From Tubulanus polymorphus (Eukaryota > Animalia > Nemertea): 64,000 bases of DNA. Positions 13,601-27,138 of the stretch are shown here, in pieces; the stretch's first letter is position 1; every line of letters begins with the position of its first letter. Both the position numbers and the translations under genes were made by a program. The notes under the pieces were generated by a model. The model was not told the origin of the DNA. It saw only the letters and a list, made by a program, of their open reading frames with translations, and made no database searches. The stretch lies in NCBI RefSeq assembly GCF_964204645.1, contig NC_134032.1:62001-126000 (forward strand), read 5' to 3'.

Positions 13601-15120
13601 TTCAAATCATGACGGCATCAATGATTTGAGAACGGCACTGAAAACCTGCTTGGATTTTGGTTAACTCGGTTTTAAAACACAACTGAAACTGGTTTGTAGA
13701 GGTCTGTGATTAGGGCCTTAGATATATCTACCTGAATCGAGGGATCACTTGTTCACTTCATCGCCAAACAGTTATTCCTTGAACTTCCTGATGTCTGCAG
13801 TTAATTAGTAGAGCATCACCCTGAAATAAACATAGAAACCTGTCAGAGAAAGCACTATAAAATCCAGGGTATCCGCTGGGTCAAATGCTACATCTGTATT
13901 GATAGTAATGGTTTATACTAGGCCTAGATTCACTCTTCATGTTATTGATACTTTTAACTGAATGATGGTTTTACAGCACGCATCAGTGAATAGAGATTGC
14001 TGCTGCTCGTGGGGTTAAACCGGAGTGTTTTATGTCGCTCTCCATCTCGAATCAGCTTCATACATCACAAGTATTCGATTCATAAGTAAATTTACTTACT
14101 GTATTTCAATGTTGAAATGGTTTGGAGACATTCTGACGCATCTTGGTTGAAAGAGAAGCTTCTAAATATTTCTAGTGTAAATTGCGATTGATTCGTTCGC
14201 CATCATTCTTAAATGGGACATACTCCACTTGGGAGGGCTAGTTCTGTAGACCGCGCAGATCGAGGTCGACTAGGACTCAGCGGCAAGAGCGCTCCGGACA
14301 CCAACTAAAGAGTTCACGGTAGTGCCCGCGGTAGACTTTACACACCGCTCCGAATTGATAGTTGCGGGAAATAATACCACGAAATAAGGAATTTGTAGCG
14401 ATTTCCGTGCAATAGTTCACAGAAAAATTATGTAAAAAATATTCCAAATTAAATACCAGTATTTCAAGCAAAGAAACTTTATAACTTGGTGACTCACAAT
14501 AGATATTTCACCTAGTTTATCATCGGGGCGCGGCCGACAATATCGACTTAAGATTGAGCTACAATTTCGTTTCAAAAAAGTCCTGTAGAAAATTCCATCA
14601 ACTAGATCACTTAAAAGCCAGACACTGTTTTTTAAGTGACTCATTTCTGGTCTAAAAAGCCAAATGAATCAGTGATATTTTTTATATTCGTTTGATACGT
14701 GTTTGATAATCGTGTCGAATTTCCTACTAAAATCCTGCAACAAACTGGTATCAATCTGAACGGGATAAATACGTTCAGACACAAACAACGTCCGATTGAC
14801 TGGGAGTAAAACGGGACTTCCCGGTTGGAGTAAACATCTAACAGGTGGTGCTCCGGTAGATTTTGTGAAACAGCTGATGACATTTTCATGATCTTTAGAC
14901 GAGTTTGATCGCCGTTATACCGTCGCTGAATGGCACCTATTGTGAAAACTGATTAGGTGTGAAGTGATGCAATGACATTCAGTTGAAAGTCAAACGACGA
15001 GAAGGGCTCCGAGACTGATGTAAACTTTACGAGAGGAATAAACTATTTTTTAGAAGGTATCAAGATGGATCTGGCACAGAGCCAAAGCCGGCAAACTGAC
15101 TAATGAATTTTATTTCTGTG

Positions 15121-15192
15121 TTGTTGATAATCTCGCGAGACAAGCGCTAATATTGTATAAATCTAGTTTCGTTCTCGCGAGATTATCAACAA
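15121..15192. repeat. Perfect 20-bp inverted repeat/hairpin (second copy 20462-20533)
   Basis: TTGTTGATAATCTCGCGAGA ... TCTCGCGAGATTATCAACAA with a 32-nt spacer. Confidence 0.9.
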
Positions 15193-17262
15193 TCCGGAAA
15201 TAAAGTGCAACCTGATTTAGAAGGCCTGCCCGGCCCGGGGGCGCAAACCCTATTGATATTGATGAAAGCAAAATACTTGACTGTTTTTAGAGTAAATATA
15301 CAGATATCTTTTCTTAATCTATTTATAGACTTATTCTGAAGAAGAGGAGAACACAAATAACAGTTATCATCATCATCATCATCATCTGTGCGGTCTGAAG
15401 TATCTAGAGGTCACCAAGACTCAACATTACCCCTTTCATATCATTCGAGGTCGAATTTTATATTTATGTGACAAATATCTATGAAATATTTTGCTCAAAT
15501 AAACTCATTCTGTAATCATATCGATGATTATAAGTGTAGTTATTCATTTCAGTTTGAAATTCGGCTCTGTTTTGAGAAATTACTATTTTTCCTGACATCA
15601 GATCCAGAATATCACCATGCCATCACCATGACAATGCACAAGTCAAAACAAACAACAATCATTCAGAAATGAAGCCCTGTAGATTCTTAAATTTGGTTTG
15701 AAGTTTCCCTATTTTGGTTGAGTAGATTCTGAATGATGCAAAGTTTACTAGAGACATTCATCTCTGGAAGACAGTGCCAATCCTGGAAGGGTTTTAACAG
15801 TCACTCAGATATTGTGTTCCACTGCATTCAGATCAAACCAACAGTTCACACTCAACTTGAGAACTATTTTGTGTTTATCTAAAATGCATTTCACGTTTAT
15901 TTTGACTCGAGATATAAATTTCTAAATTTCCAATAGATGGCGTCTGTGATATACAGTTTAATCCAATACGAATACGTATTCCTATTAATCCAATAATTTG
16001 GTGGTTCAGCAGATATCCAATAGGTGGCGATCATGTCGTAGTAACTATTCATCAGTATATATCAGACACCCTGGTTTATCATCTGATCAGAATCACTGGG
16101 TTTGAACTTGGGACATCCCTCCAAATCCTCTAAACAGCATGAAACATCAGTCATTTAGAATCAATAATTCATTCATTTGACGCGCAGTCAATTTCAGGTG
16201 TAGACGTGTCGCAGGTTTCAGTTATTGAGATCCTCCTCCATTAGACTAAAAATAAATCAAACAACGTTCATTATAACATCATTAGAGCAATTCACAAAAA
16301 TCATAGTAAATATTCGATATAAATAAGAGTAACTAAACAAACCTGATCTAAACATCACCTTCTTTTGAGTAGAATAAACAAAACTCTAGCGTTACGCCTA
16401 CATCTGAAATAATACAAAACACTGAAAATCATTATTTCTTCATCAGATAAAAAATGAAAACAGATTCAACATGATTCAAAATGCTTTTAGTGCCAAGATT
16501 TTTCAGTGTTACAATTTCTTTTTATACAAGACTTAACGGTAAATTGGTTCAGACTTAAAGCAGGGAACACTATATATATTTATTCCCACACAGTCTGAAA
16601 TTACAGATTTCACAATGAAATTTGCAGCGTGTTCGTTGCTCAGCAGCAGGTGAATCGCACCATTCAAACATGTTTGATATTTCCACAGTAAATTGAGCCG
16701 CAATATTTGACAAGCTTTCAAATCATGACGGCATCAATGATTTGAGAACAACGCTGAAAACCTGCTTGGATTTTGGTTAACTCGGTTTTAAAACACCACA
16801 GTTTTTAACTTCGAAACTGTTTCTACAAATCTACTGTGGGTTTTTTATTCGTCGACTAAAAGTGGTGCAACGCCGTGCATATCACAGCAGTTTGTGTCAG
16901 TTGCGATCGAAAGCAAGTGTTGGCCTACCGTAGGCCGGAGTAGAACACGGGCAACTAGACGGATACGGCTTGCGACGAGTCGGTAGGCGTCGGGTTGCCG
17001 TCGCAAGCCGGCTTACGTTGAACAGATAGAGCAGCAACTGGCGGCCTCTCGTAGGCCGTTAATCGGCGATAAACCCAGTTGTGTCGGTAGGCATCGCGTT
17101 GCTTGTCGACATAAGTCAGTCTTAATCCTGCTTTCTCAGAGAACTGCTCTTCCTTCTCTATGAGATTTTCCTAAATCTGCACCCGTACGTTCGCCGTGCC
17201 CTTCTCCAATTTTCCAGGGGATCCTCGTGATTTGTGAGATTGTAGTCGGGAAAATCTCTTAC

Positions 17263-18957
17263 CTGTTTTGGAATCCGCTCGGTCCGGCAACGGCGCTTCC
17301 CGATAAACTACCGTTCAAACTGGAGCCAGCAATCGCTCTGTTACTGGCCGATTAGCGATCGCTCTCATCGCGGATTATCCCGACTCGGTCGATGTGGCTT
17401 CCGCTAGCGCTAAGACTGCCAGTCATAGCCATGGACATCTCACCGATACTAGGTCCGATACTGGGGTTTGCTACCCGGTCACTGGTCGTTTCTATACTGT
17501 GAGAATCAGCTACAACAAATATAAACATTCACTCATACTAGTACTGAACTAACTTAAATGACGTCATAGGGGGATTTATATAGCAGCCACACCAGACAAC
17601 GTGGCTTTATCAGTTAATCCCCCTATGACATCATCAAATTATCCCATATGAATCCTAGAAAGACAGCTGATTCCGGACCCTGCACCATATGAAAAGTATG
17701 GTTCAAGTACTTACGGGCGTAAGGCCCCGATGGGCCACTTCCTTCGTTCTGTTCGAACTCAAATCGAACTCCGCCCGGAGTCAGTCGTCGATACGCCGCA
17801 AACCGCTGCGACACAGCGATATCGGTACCACGCCGTAAACATACGCCAATAATATCGGTACACCGATACCAACGGCTAAACTAGCGACAACTGGCGCTAC
17901 GATAACAGACGCAGTTACACCACCGGCTATTACCATATTCCTCTTGTGCTGTGGTAGGTGACCGTAACGTGTATGTAACTGAAACACAAGATAAACACAT
18001 GAGAAATAGCATTTTTCATAGTAAAAATCTCGCGCAGGGTGGATTTAGGTTCCAATTTCTGTTTCTGACTAGCGCCATCAAGCGAGTAATTTCAGAACTT
18101 GAATTTGTCGATCTCCTGTATTTCACCGATAAGCCTTATCATATGTCCTTGTCATTAACGTTAAATGACAGTAACCACTTGATACAGTTTATGCGCAGTG
18201 TTTAGAACTAGGATTTTGACAAATAAAATCAATAAGGATTTATTACTTCTAAGTGTTGGTTATTCAACGTCACTCTGTGAATTCAATTCGAATACAGTCT
18301 ATATTCAATCCCAGTTTTTGGCTATATTCAATTATTGAAAAACTGGGATTGGGATTGACTGGAATTGACTTTGTATTGAGTTTAACAGTTGTGTGGGTTT
18401 AATTTCAAAATGAAAGGACATTTCAAAGGACATAATAATATCTGTAATGAGGCATTCAATGAATGAACACTTTGAATCCCAGTTCATCTGTTTGGGTTAA
18501 ATTCCTTTAGTTCAACAATTTCATCAAATTGAAAAACTGTAGTCAGAAAGCTGACCTACCACACATATTAAACTATCATTTTATGTCTCACGTGGTCACC
18601 CTGTGTGATAGGCTTCACGTATAAAAGACTTTCAGTTATGTATCCATGCGTATATGTTCTCGGCATTCAGATCAAAAACTACCTTTTTGGGCACGAGGCC
18701 CTTGTGACTCGTGTGGAAATATAATAATGATCACTAAATTGAGATTCTCACAGACAGACGGCAGATGGATTCCTAATATTAGTCGATAATTTACCTCGCG
18801 TCCGACCCAGACAGGAATCCCTATGATCATCGCGGGAACTGCGATTCCAGCAACGAGTCCGATACCGACCGGAGCGCCAACTAACGTGACAAGTTGCCAC
18901 AATATCTTCTTCTTTCGGCTCCATGGCTTTTTACCCCAGAAAGTGCAGCCAGACGGA
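17263..18957 (-). pseudogene. RNF19: RNF19A/B fragment copy 4: exons 18957-18795, 17978-17715, 17509-17263
   Basis: [22 protein letters not shown] exon is intact; the middle exon has an additional 2-nt deletion; the third exon has the shared TAA. Confidence 0.9.
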
Positions 18958-20706
18958 CTGAAAATCAACATAATCGACTAAATTATTACTCAATTTCTAA
19001 GGACTTATAAACCTTTATCATCGATTAAAGGCCGAGCTCGGGTTTACAAGGAAGGACCATAAATATCAATGGATTTATTCTATCACTTGCAACCATTTGA
19101 TTCAGAGCTCTGACAACTAGAGAATTGCCATGTGTGCAGGGGCCAGTTGCATAGTCATGGCTTAGACTTAAGACTAGTCCAAGACCAACTTAGTTCTATA
19201 GCTAATCTAACAACTTAAGACCAGTCCCAAGATTTAAGACCACCATTATAACATCATTAGAGCAATTCACAAAAATCATATCAAATATTCGATATAAATA
19301 AGAGTAACTAAACAAACCTGATCTAAACATCATCTTCTTTTGAGTAGAATAAACAAAACTCTAGCGTTACGCCTACATCTGAAATAATACAAAACACAGA
19401 AAATCATTATTTCTTCATCAGATAAAAAATGAAAACAGATTCAACAAGATTCAAAATGCTTTTAGTGTCAACAATTTTCAGTTACAATTTTTTTTTATTA
19501 GTTCAGACTTAGAGCAGGGAACACTATATGAATTTATTCCCACACCGTCTGAAATTACAGATTTCACAATGAAATTTGCAGCGTGTTCGTTGCTCAGCAG
19601 CAGGTGAATCGCAACATTCAAACATGTTTGATATTTCCACAGTAAATTGAGCCGCAATCTTTGACAAGCTTTCAAATCATGATAGCATCAATGATTTGAG
19701 AACGGCGCTGAAAACCTACTTGGATTTAGGACTTATGTTGAAATGGTTTGAAGACATTCTGTCGCTTCTGCGTTGAAAGAGAAGCTTCTAAATATTTCAA
19801 GTGAAAATAGCGATTGATTCGTCCGCCATCATTCTTAAATGGGACATACTCTACTTGGGAGGGCTAGTTCTGTAGTCCGCGCAGATCGAGGTCAACTAGG
19901 ACTCAGCGGCAAGAGCGCTCCGGGCACCAACTAAAGAGTTCACGGTAGTGCCCGCGGTAGACTTAACATGCCGCTCCGAATTGATAGTTGCGGGAAATAA
20001 TACCACGAAATTAGAAATTTGTAGCGATTTCCGTGCAATAGTTGAACAGATGAATTTCCTACTAAAATCCTGCAACAAATTGGTATCAATCTGAACGGGA
20101 TAAATACGTCCAGACACAAACAACGTCCGATTGACTGGGTATTAAGCGGGACTCGACCCTTCCCGGTTGGAGTAAATATCTAACAGGTGGTGCTCCGGTA
20201 GATTTTGTGAAACAGCTGATGACATTTTCATGATCTTTAGACGAGTTTGATCGCCGTTATACCGTCGTGGAATGGCACCTATTGTGAAAACTGATTAGGT
20301 GTGAAGTGATGCAATGATATTCAGTTGAAGTCAAACGACGAGAAGGGCTCCGAGACTGATGTGGACTTTACGAGAGGAATAAACTATTTTTTAGAAGGTA
20401 TCAAGATGGATCTGGCACAGAGCCAAAGCCGGCAAACTGACTTATGAATTTTATTTCTGTGTTGTTGATAATCTCGCGAGACTAGCGCTAATATTGTATA
20501 AATCTAGTTTCGTTCTCGCGAGATTATCAACAATCCGGAAATAAAGTGCAACCTGATTTAGAAGGCCTGCCCGGCCCGGGGGCGCAAACCCTATTGATAT
20601 TGATGAAAGCAAAATACTTGACTGTTTTTAGAGTAAAAATACAGATATCTTTTCTCAATCTATTTATAGACTGATTCTGAAGAAGAGGAGAACACAAATA
20701 ACAGTT

Positions 20707-20707
<1 letters not shown>

Positions 20708-20744
<37 letters not shown>
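20708..20744. repeat. (CAT)n microsatellite; shorter in the paralogous site ~15367-15385
   Basis: Direct reading. Confidence 0.9.
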
Positions 20745-20745
<1 letters not shown>

Positions 20746-23700
20746 TGTGCGGTCTGAAGTATCTAGAGGTCACCAAGACTCAACATTACCCCTTTCATAT
20801 CATTCGAGGTCGAATTTTATATTTATGTGACAAATATCTATGAAATATTTTGCTCAAATAAATTGATTCTGTTATCATATCGATGAACATAAGTTATTCA
20901 TTTCAGTTTGAAATTTGGGTCTATTTTCAGGAATTACTATTTTTACGACATCGGATCCAGAATATCGCCTTGCCATGACAACGTACCAGTCAAAACAAAC
21001 AACAATCATTCAGAAATGAAGCCCTGTAGATTCTTAAATTTGGTTTCATGTTTCTTTACTTTGGTTGAGTAGATTCTGGATGATGCAAAGTTAACTAGAT
21101 ACACTGGTTTTATCAAAATCATCTTTAGGGGACAGTGCCAATTCTGGAAGGGTTTTAACAGTCACTCAGATATTGTGTTCCACTGCATTCAGATCAAACC
21201 AACAGTTCACACTCAATTTGAGAACTATTTTGTGTTTATCTAAAATAAATTTCACGTTTATTTTGACACTCAAGATATAAATTTCTAAATTTCCAATAGA
21301 TGGCATATGTGATAACAGTTAAATCCAATAATTTAGTAGTTCAGCAGAAATCCAATAGGTGGCGATCATGTCGTAGTAACTATTCATCGGTATATATCAG
21401 ACACCCTGGTTTATCATCTGATCAGAATCACTGGGTTTGGAGCATCCTAAAAATCCTCTAAACAGCATGAAACATCACAGTCATTTAGAATCAACAATTC
21501 ATTCATTAGACGCGCAGTCAATTTCAGGTGTAGACGTGTCGCAGGTTTCAGTTATTGAGATCCTCCTCCATTAGACTGAAAATAAATCAAACAACATTCA
21601 TTATAACATCATTAGAGCAATTCACAAAAATCATATCAAATATTCGATATAAATAAGAGTAACTAAAACAAACCTGATCTAAACATCACCTTCTTTTGAG
21701 TAGAATAAACAAAACTCTAGCGTTACGCCTACATCTGAACTAATACAAAACACTGAATATCATTATTTCTTCATCAGATAAAAAATGAAAACAGAGTCAA
21801 CAAGATTCAAAATGCTTTTAGTGTCAACAATTTTCAGTTACAATTTTTTTTATTAGTTCAGACTTAGAGCAGGGAACACTATATGAATTTATTCCCACAC
21901 CGTCTGAAATTACAGATTTCACATTGAAATTTTCAGCGTGTTCGTTGCTCAGCAGCAGGTGAATCGCACCATTCAAAAATGTTTGATATTTCCACAGTAA
22001 ATTTCATCGCAGCAAAATTTTTGTTCAGTCCCAAACACAGTAAATTGAGCCGAAATCTTTGACAAGCTTTCAAATCATGACGGCATCAATGATTTGAGAA
22101 CGGCGCTGAAAACCTGCTTGGATTTTGGTTAACTCGGTTTTAAAACACCACTGAAACTGGTTTCTAGAGGTCTGTGATTAGGGCCTAAGATATATCTACC
22201 TGAATTGAGGGATCATTTGTTCACTTCATCGCCAAACAGTTATTCCTTGAACTTCCTGATGACTGCAGTTAATTAGTAGAGCATCACCCTGAAATAAACA
22301 TAGAAACCTGTCAGAGAAAGCACTATAAAATCCAGGGTATCCGCGGGGTCAAATGCTACATCTGTATTGATAGTAATGGTTTATACTAGGCCTAGATTCA
22401 CTCTTCATGTTATTGATACTTTTAACTGAATGATGGTTTTACAGCACGCATCAGTGAATAGAGATTGCTGCTGCTGCTCGTGGGGTTAAACCGGAGTGTT
22501 TTATGTCGCTCTCCATCTCGAATCACCTTCATACATCACAAGTATTCGATTCATAAGTAAATTTACTTACTGTATTTCAATGTTGAAATGGTTTGAACAC
22601 ATTCTGTCGCTTCTGCGTTGAAAGAGAAGCTTCTAAATATTTCAAGTGTAAATAGCGATTTATTCGTCCGCCATGCTAGTTCTGCAGACCGCGCATCTCG
22701 AGGTCGACTCGGACTCAGGCTTTGCGCTCCGAGCACTTACTAAAGAGTTCACGGTTCTAGCCGCGGATGGCTTTAGGTACCGCTCCGGATTACGAGTGGG
22801 GTAATGAATTCCACAGAATTAGCAATACGTAGCAATTCTAGTGAACTTCCGAGCTATTGTTCGAATAAAACATTCTAAAATTATTCCCAATTAATAAACA
22901 ATCAAATAATCTTATAAGTTGAATTGGTGAGTCACAACACGTATTTAACCTAATAGTTTTTTCAGCGGGGCACGGCTGAGAGTATCGACAAGTTTTGTAC
23001 AAATATCTGTGAAATTTTTTGCTAAAAATTCATTCTGTTATTATATCGATGAAAATAAGTGTAGTTATTCATTTCAGTATGAAATTTGGCTCTGTTTTGA
23101 GGAATTACTATTTTTCCAAAAATCGGATCCAGAATATCACCTTGCCATCACCATGACAACGCACCAGTCAAAACAAACAACAATCATTCAGAAATGAAGC
23201 CCTGTAGATTCTTAAATTTCGTTTCAAGTTTCTTTATTTTGATTGAGTAGATTCTGGATGATGCAAAGTTAACTAGAGACACTGGTTTTATCAAAATCAT
23301 CTCTGGAAGACAGTGCCAATCCTGGAAGGGTTTTAACAGTCACTCAGATATTGTGTTCCACTGCATTCAGATCAAAAAAAAGCTCAGACTCAACTTGAGA
23401 ACTATTTTGTGTTTATCTAAAATGAATTTCACATTTATTTGACAATCAAGATATAAATTTCTAAATTTCCAATAGATGGCGTCTGTGATATACAGTTTAA
23501 TCCAATACGAATACGTATTCCTATTAATCCAATAATTTGGTGGTTCAGCAGAAATCCAATAGGTGGCGATCATGTCGTAGTAACTATTCATCAGTACATA
23601 TCAGACACCCTGGTTTATCATCTGATCAGAATCACTGGGTTTGAACTTGGGACATCCCTCCAAATCCTCTAATCAGCATGAAACATCACAGTCATTTAGA

Positions 23701-24613
23701 ATCAATAATTCATTCATTTGACGCGCAGTCAATTTCAGGTGTAGACGTGTCGCAGGTTTCAGTTATTGAGATCCTCCTCCATTAGACTGAAAATAAATCA
23801 AACAACATTCATTATAACATCATTAGAGCAATTCACAAAAATCATATCAAATATTCGATATAAATAAGAGTAACTAAACAAACCTGATCTAAACATCACC
23901 TTCTTTTGAGTAGAATAAACAAAACTCTAGCGTTACGCCTACATCTGAAATAATACAAAACACTGAAAATCATTATTTCTTCATCAGATAAAAAATGAAA
24001 ACAGATTCAACATGATTCAAAATGCTTTTAGTGCCAAGAATTTTCAGTGTTACAATTGTTTTTTCATACAAGACTTAACGGTAAATTGGTTCAGACTTAG
24101 AGCAGGGAACACTATATGAATTTATTCCCACACCGTCTGAAATTACAGATTTCACAATGAAATTTGCAGCGTGTTCGTTGCTCAGCAGCAGGTGAATCGC
24201 AACATTCAAACATGTTTGATATTTCCACAGTAAATTGAGCCGCAATCTTTGACAAGCTTTCAAATCATGATGGCATCAATGATTTGAGAACGGCGCTGAA
24301 AACCTGCTTGGATTTTGGTTAACTCGGTTTTAAAACACCACTGAAACTGGTTTCTAGAGGTCTGTGATTAGGGCCTAAGATATATCTACCTGAATTGAGG
24401 GATCACTTGTTCACTTCATCGCCAAACAGTTATTCCTTGAACTTCCTGATGACTGCAGTTATTCAGTTGAGCATCACCCTGAAATAAACATAGAAACCTG
24501 TCAGAGAAAGCACTCTAAAATCCAGGGTATCAGCAGGGTCAAATGCTCCATCTGTATTGATAGTAATAGTTTAGGCCTCGATCCACTCTTTATGTTATTG
24601 ATACTTTTTACTG

Positions 24614-24928
24614 CGGTGAGGGCTAGTGGTAAGAGCGTTCAGCTCTGGGAAGCCAGGTCATGGGTTCGATCCCCGTTGTGTGCTCGGGCAAGACACTTAT
24701 CCTCACTGCCTCTCTCCACCCAGGAGTAAATGGGTACCTGGCCAGATAGAAGACTCCTGAGCGCTTGTTAGCAGCTCGGTGTTACTTCTCAAAAGGGAGA
24801 GATGACTGATACATGTTAGAGTATTAAAACTGGCCGGGGTAATAATACCGAAAAATGTAAAGCGCTCTGAGCAGCTTGGCTGGATTTAGCACTATATAAG
24901 ACACATATTAATATTAATATTATTACTG
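24614..24928 (+). mobile_element. Same SINE insertion, duplicated with its module
   Basis: Near-identical sequence and identical flanks to 1661-1975. Confidence 0.85.
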
Positions 24929-27138
24929 AATGATGATGGTTTTACAGCACGCATCAGTGAATAGAGATCGCTGCTGCTCGTGGGGTTAAACCGGACTGTT
25001 TTATGTCGCTCTCCATCTCGAATCACCTTCATACATCACAAGTATTCGATTCATGAGTAAATTTACTTACTGTATTTCAATGTTGAAATGGTTTGGATAC
25101 AATCTGACGCATCTAGGTTGAGAGAGAAGCTTCTAAATATTTCAAGTGAAAATAATAGCGATTTATTCGTCCGCCATGCTAGTTCTGCAGACCGCGCAGC
25201 TCGAGGTCAACTCGGACTCAGGCTTTGCGCTCCGAGCACCAACTAAAGAGTTCACGGTTCTAGCCGCGGATGGCTTTAGATACCGCTCCGGATTACTAGC
25301 GGGGGTAATGAATTCCATGGAATTAGCAATACGAAGCAATTCTACTGAACTTCCGAGCTATTGTTCGAATAAAACATTCTAAAATTATTACAAATTAATA
25401 AAACAATCAAATAATCTTTTACGTTGAATTGGTGACTCACAACACGTATTTAACCGAATAGTTTTTTCAGCGGGGCACGGACGAGAGTATCGACAAGTTT
25501 TGTATTTCTGTAACAAATATCTGTGAAATTTTTTGCTCAAATAAACTCATTCTGTAATCATATCGATGAAAATAAGTGTAGTTATTCATTTCAGTATAAA
25601 ATTTGGCTCTGTTTTCAGGAATTACTATTTTTCCAAAAATCGGATCCAGAATATCACCTTGCCATCACCATGACAACGCACCAGTCAAAACAAACAACAA
25701 TCATTCAGAAATGAAGCCCTGTAGATTATTGAAATTGGTTTCAAGTTTCCCTATTTTGGTTGAGTAGATTCTGAATGATGCAAAGTTAACTAGAGACACT
25801 GGTTTTATCAAAATCATCTCTGGAAGACAGTGCCAATCCTGGAAGGGTTTTAACAGTCACTCAGATATTGTGTTCCACTGCATTCAGATCAAACCAACAG
25901 TTCAGACTCAATTTGAGAACTATTTTGTGTTTATCTAAAATAAATTTCACGTTTAATTTGACACTCGAGATATAAATTTCTAAATTTCCAATAGATGGCA
26001 TATGTGATAACAGTTAAATCCAATAATTTGGTAGTTCAGCAAAATTCTAATAGGCGGCGATCATGTCGTAGTAACTATTCATCAGTATATATCATACACC
26101 CTGGTTTATCATCTGATCAAAATCACTGGGTTTGAACTTGGGACATTTCTTACAAATCCTCTAAACAGCATGAAACATCACAGTCATTTAGAATCAATAA
26201 TTCATTCATTTGACTCGCACTCAATTTTAGGTGTAGACGTGTCGCAGGTTTCAGTTATTGAGATCCTCCTCCATTAGACTGAAAATAAATCAAACAACAT
26301 TCATTATAACATCATTAGAGCAATTCACAAAAATCATATCAAATATTCGATATAAATAAGAGTAACTAAACGAACCTGATCTAAACATCACCTTCTTTTG
26401 AGTAGAATAAACAAAACTCTAGCGTTACGCCTACATCTGAAATAATACAAAACACTGAAAATCATTATTTCTTCATCAGATAAAAAATGAAAACAGATTC
26501 AACAAGATTCAAAATGCTTTTAGTGCCAAGAATTTGTTACAATTTTTTTTCATACAAGACTTAACGGTAAATTGGTTCAGACTTAGAGCAGGGAACACTA
26601 TATGAATTTATTCCCACAGCGTCTGAAATTACAGATTTCACACCAGAATTTTCAGCCTGTTCTTTGCTCAGCCGCAGGTGAATCGCACCATTCAAACATG
26701 TTTGATATTTCCACAGTTAATTTCATTGCAGCAAAATTTTTGTTTAGTCCCAAACACAGTAAATTGAGCCGCAATCTTTGACAAGCTTTCAAATCATGAC
26801 GGCATCAATGATTTGAGAACGGTGCTGAAAACCTACTTGGATTTTGGTTAACTCGGTTTTATAACACCACAGTTTTTAACTTCGAAACTGTTTCTACAAA
26901 TCTACTGTGGGTTTTTTATTCGTCAACTAAAAGTGGTGCAACGCCGTGCATATCACAGCAGTTTGTGTCAGTTGCCATCGAAAGCAACTGTTGGCCTACC
27001 CTAGGCCGGAGTAGAACACGGGCAACTAGCCCGATACGGCTTGGGACGAGTCGGTAGGCGTCGGGTTGCCGTCGCAAGCCGGCTTATGTCGAACAGATAC
27101 AGCAGCAACTGGAGATTGTAGTCGGGAAAATCTCTTAC

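Noticed and set aside
14780-15105. Coding-like decayed frame (TGGAPVDFVKQLMTF..KVSRWIWHRAKAG; copy ~20140-20445)
   Set aside because: It has multiple stops and no family I can recognise; a BLASTX search would be needed.
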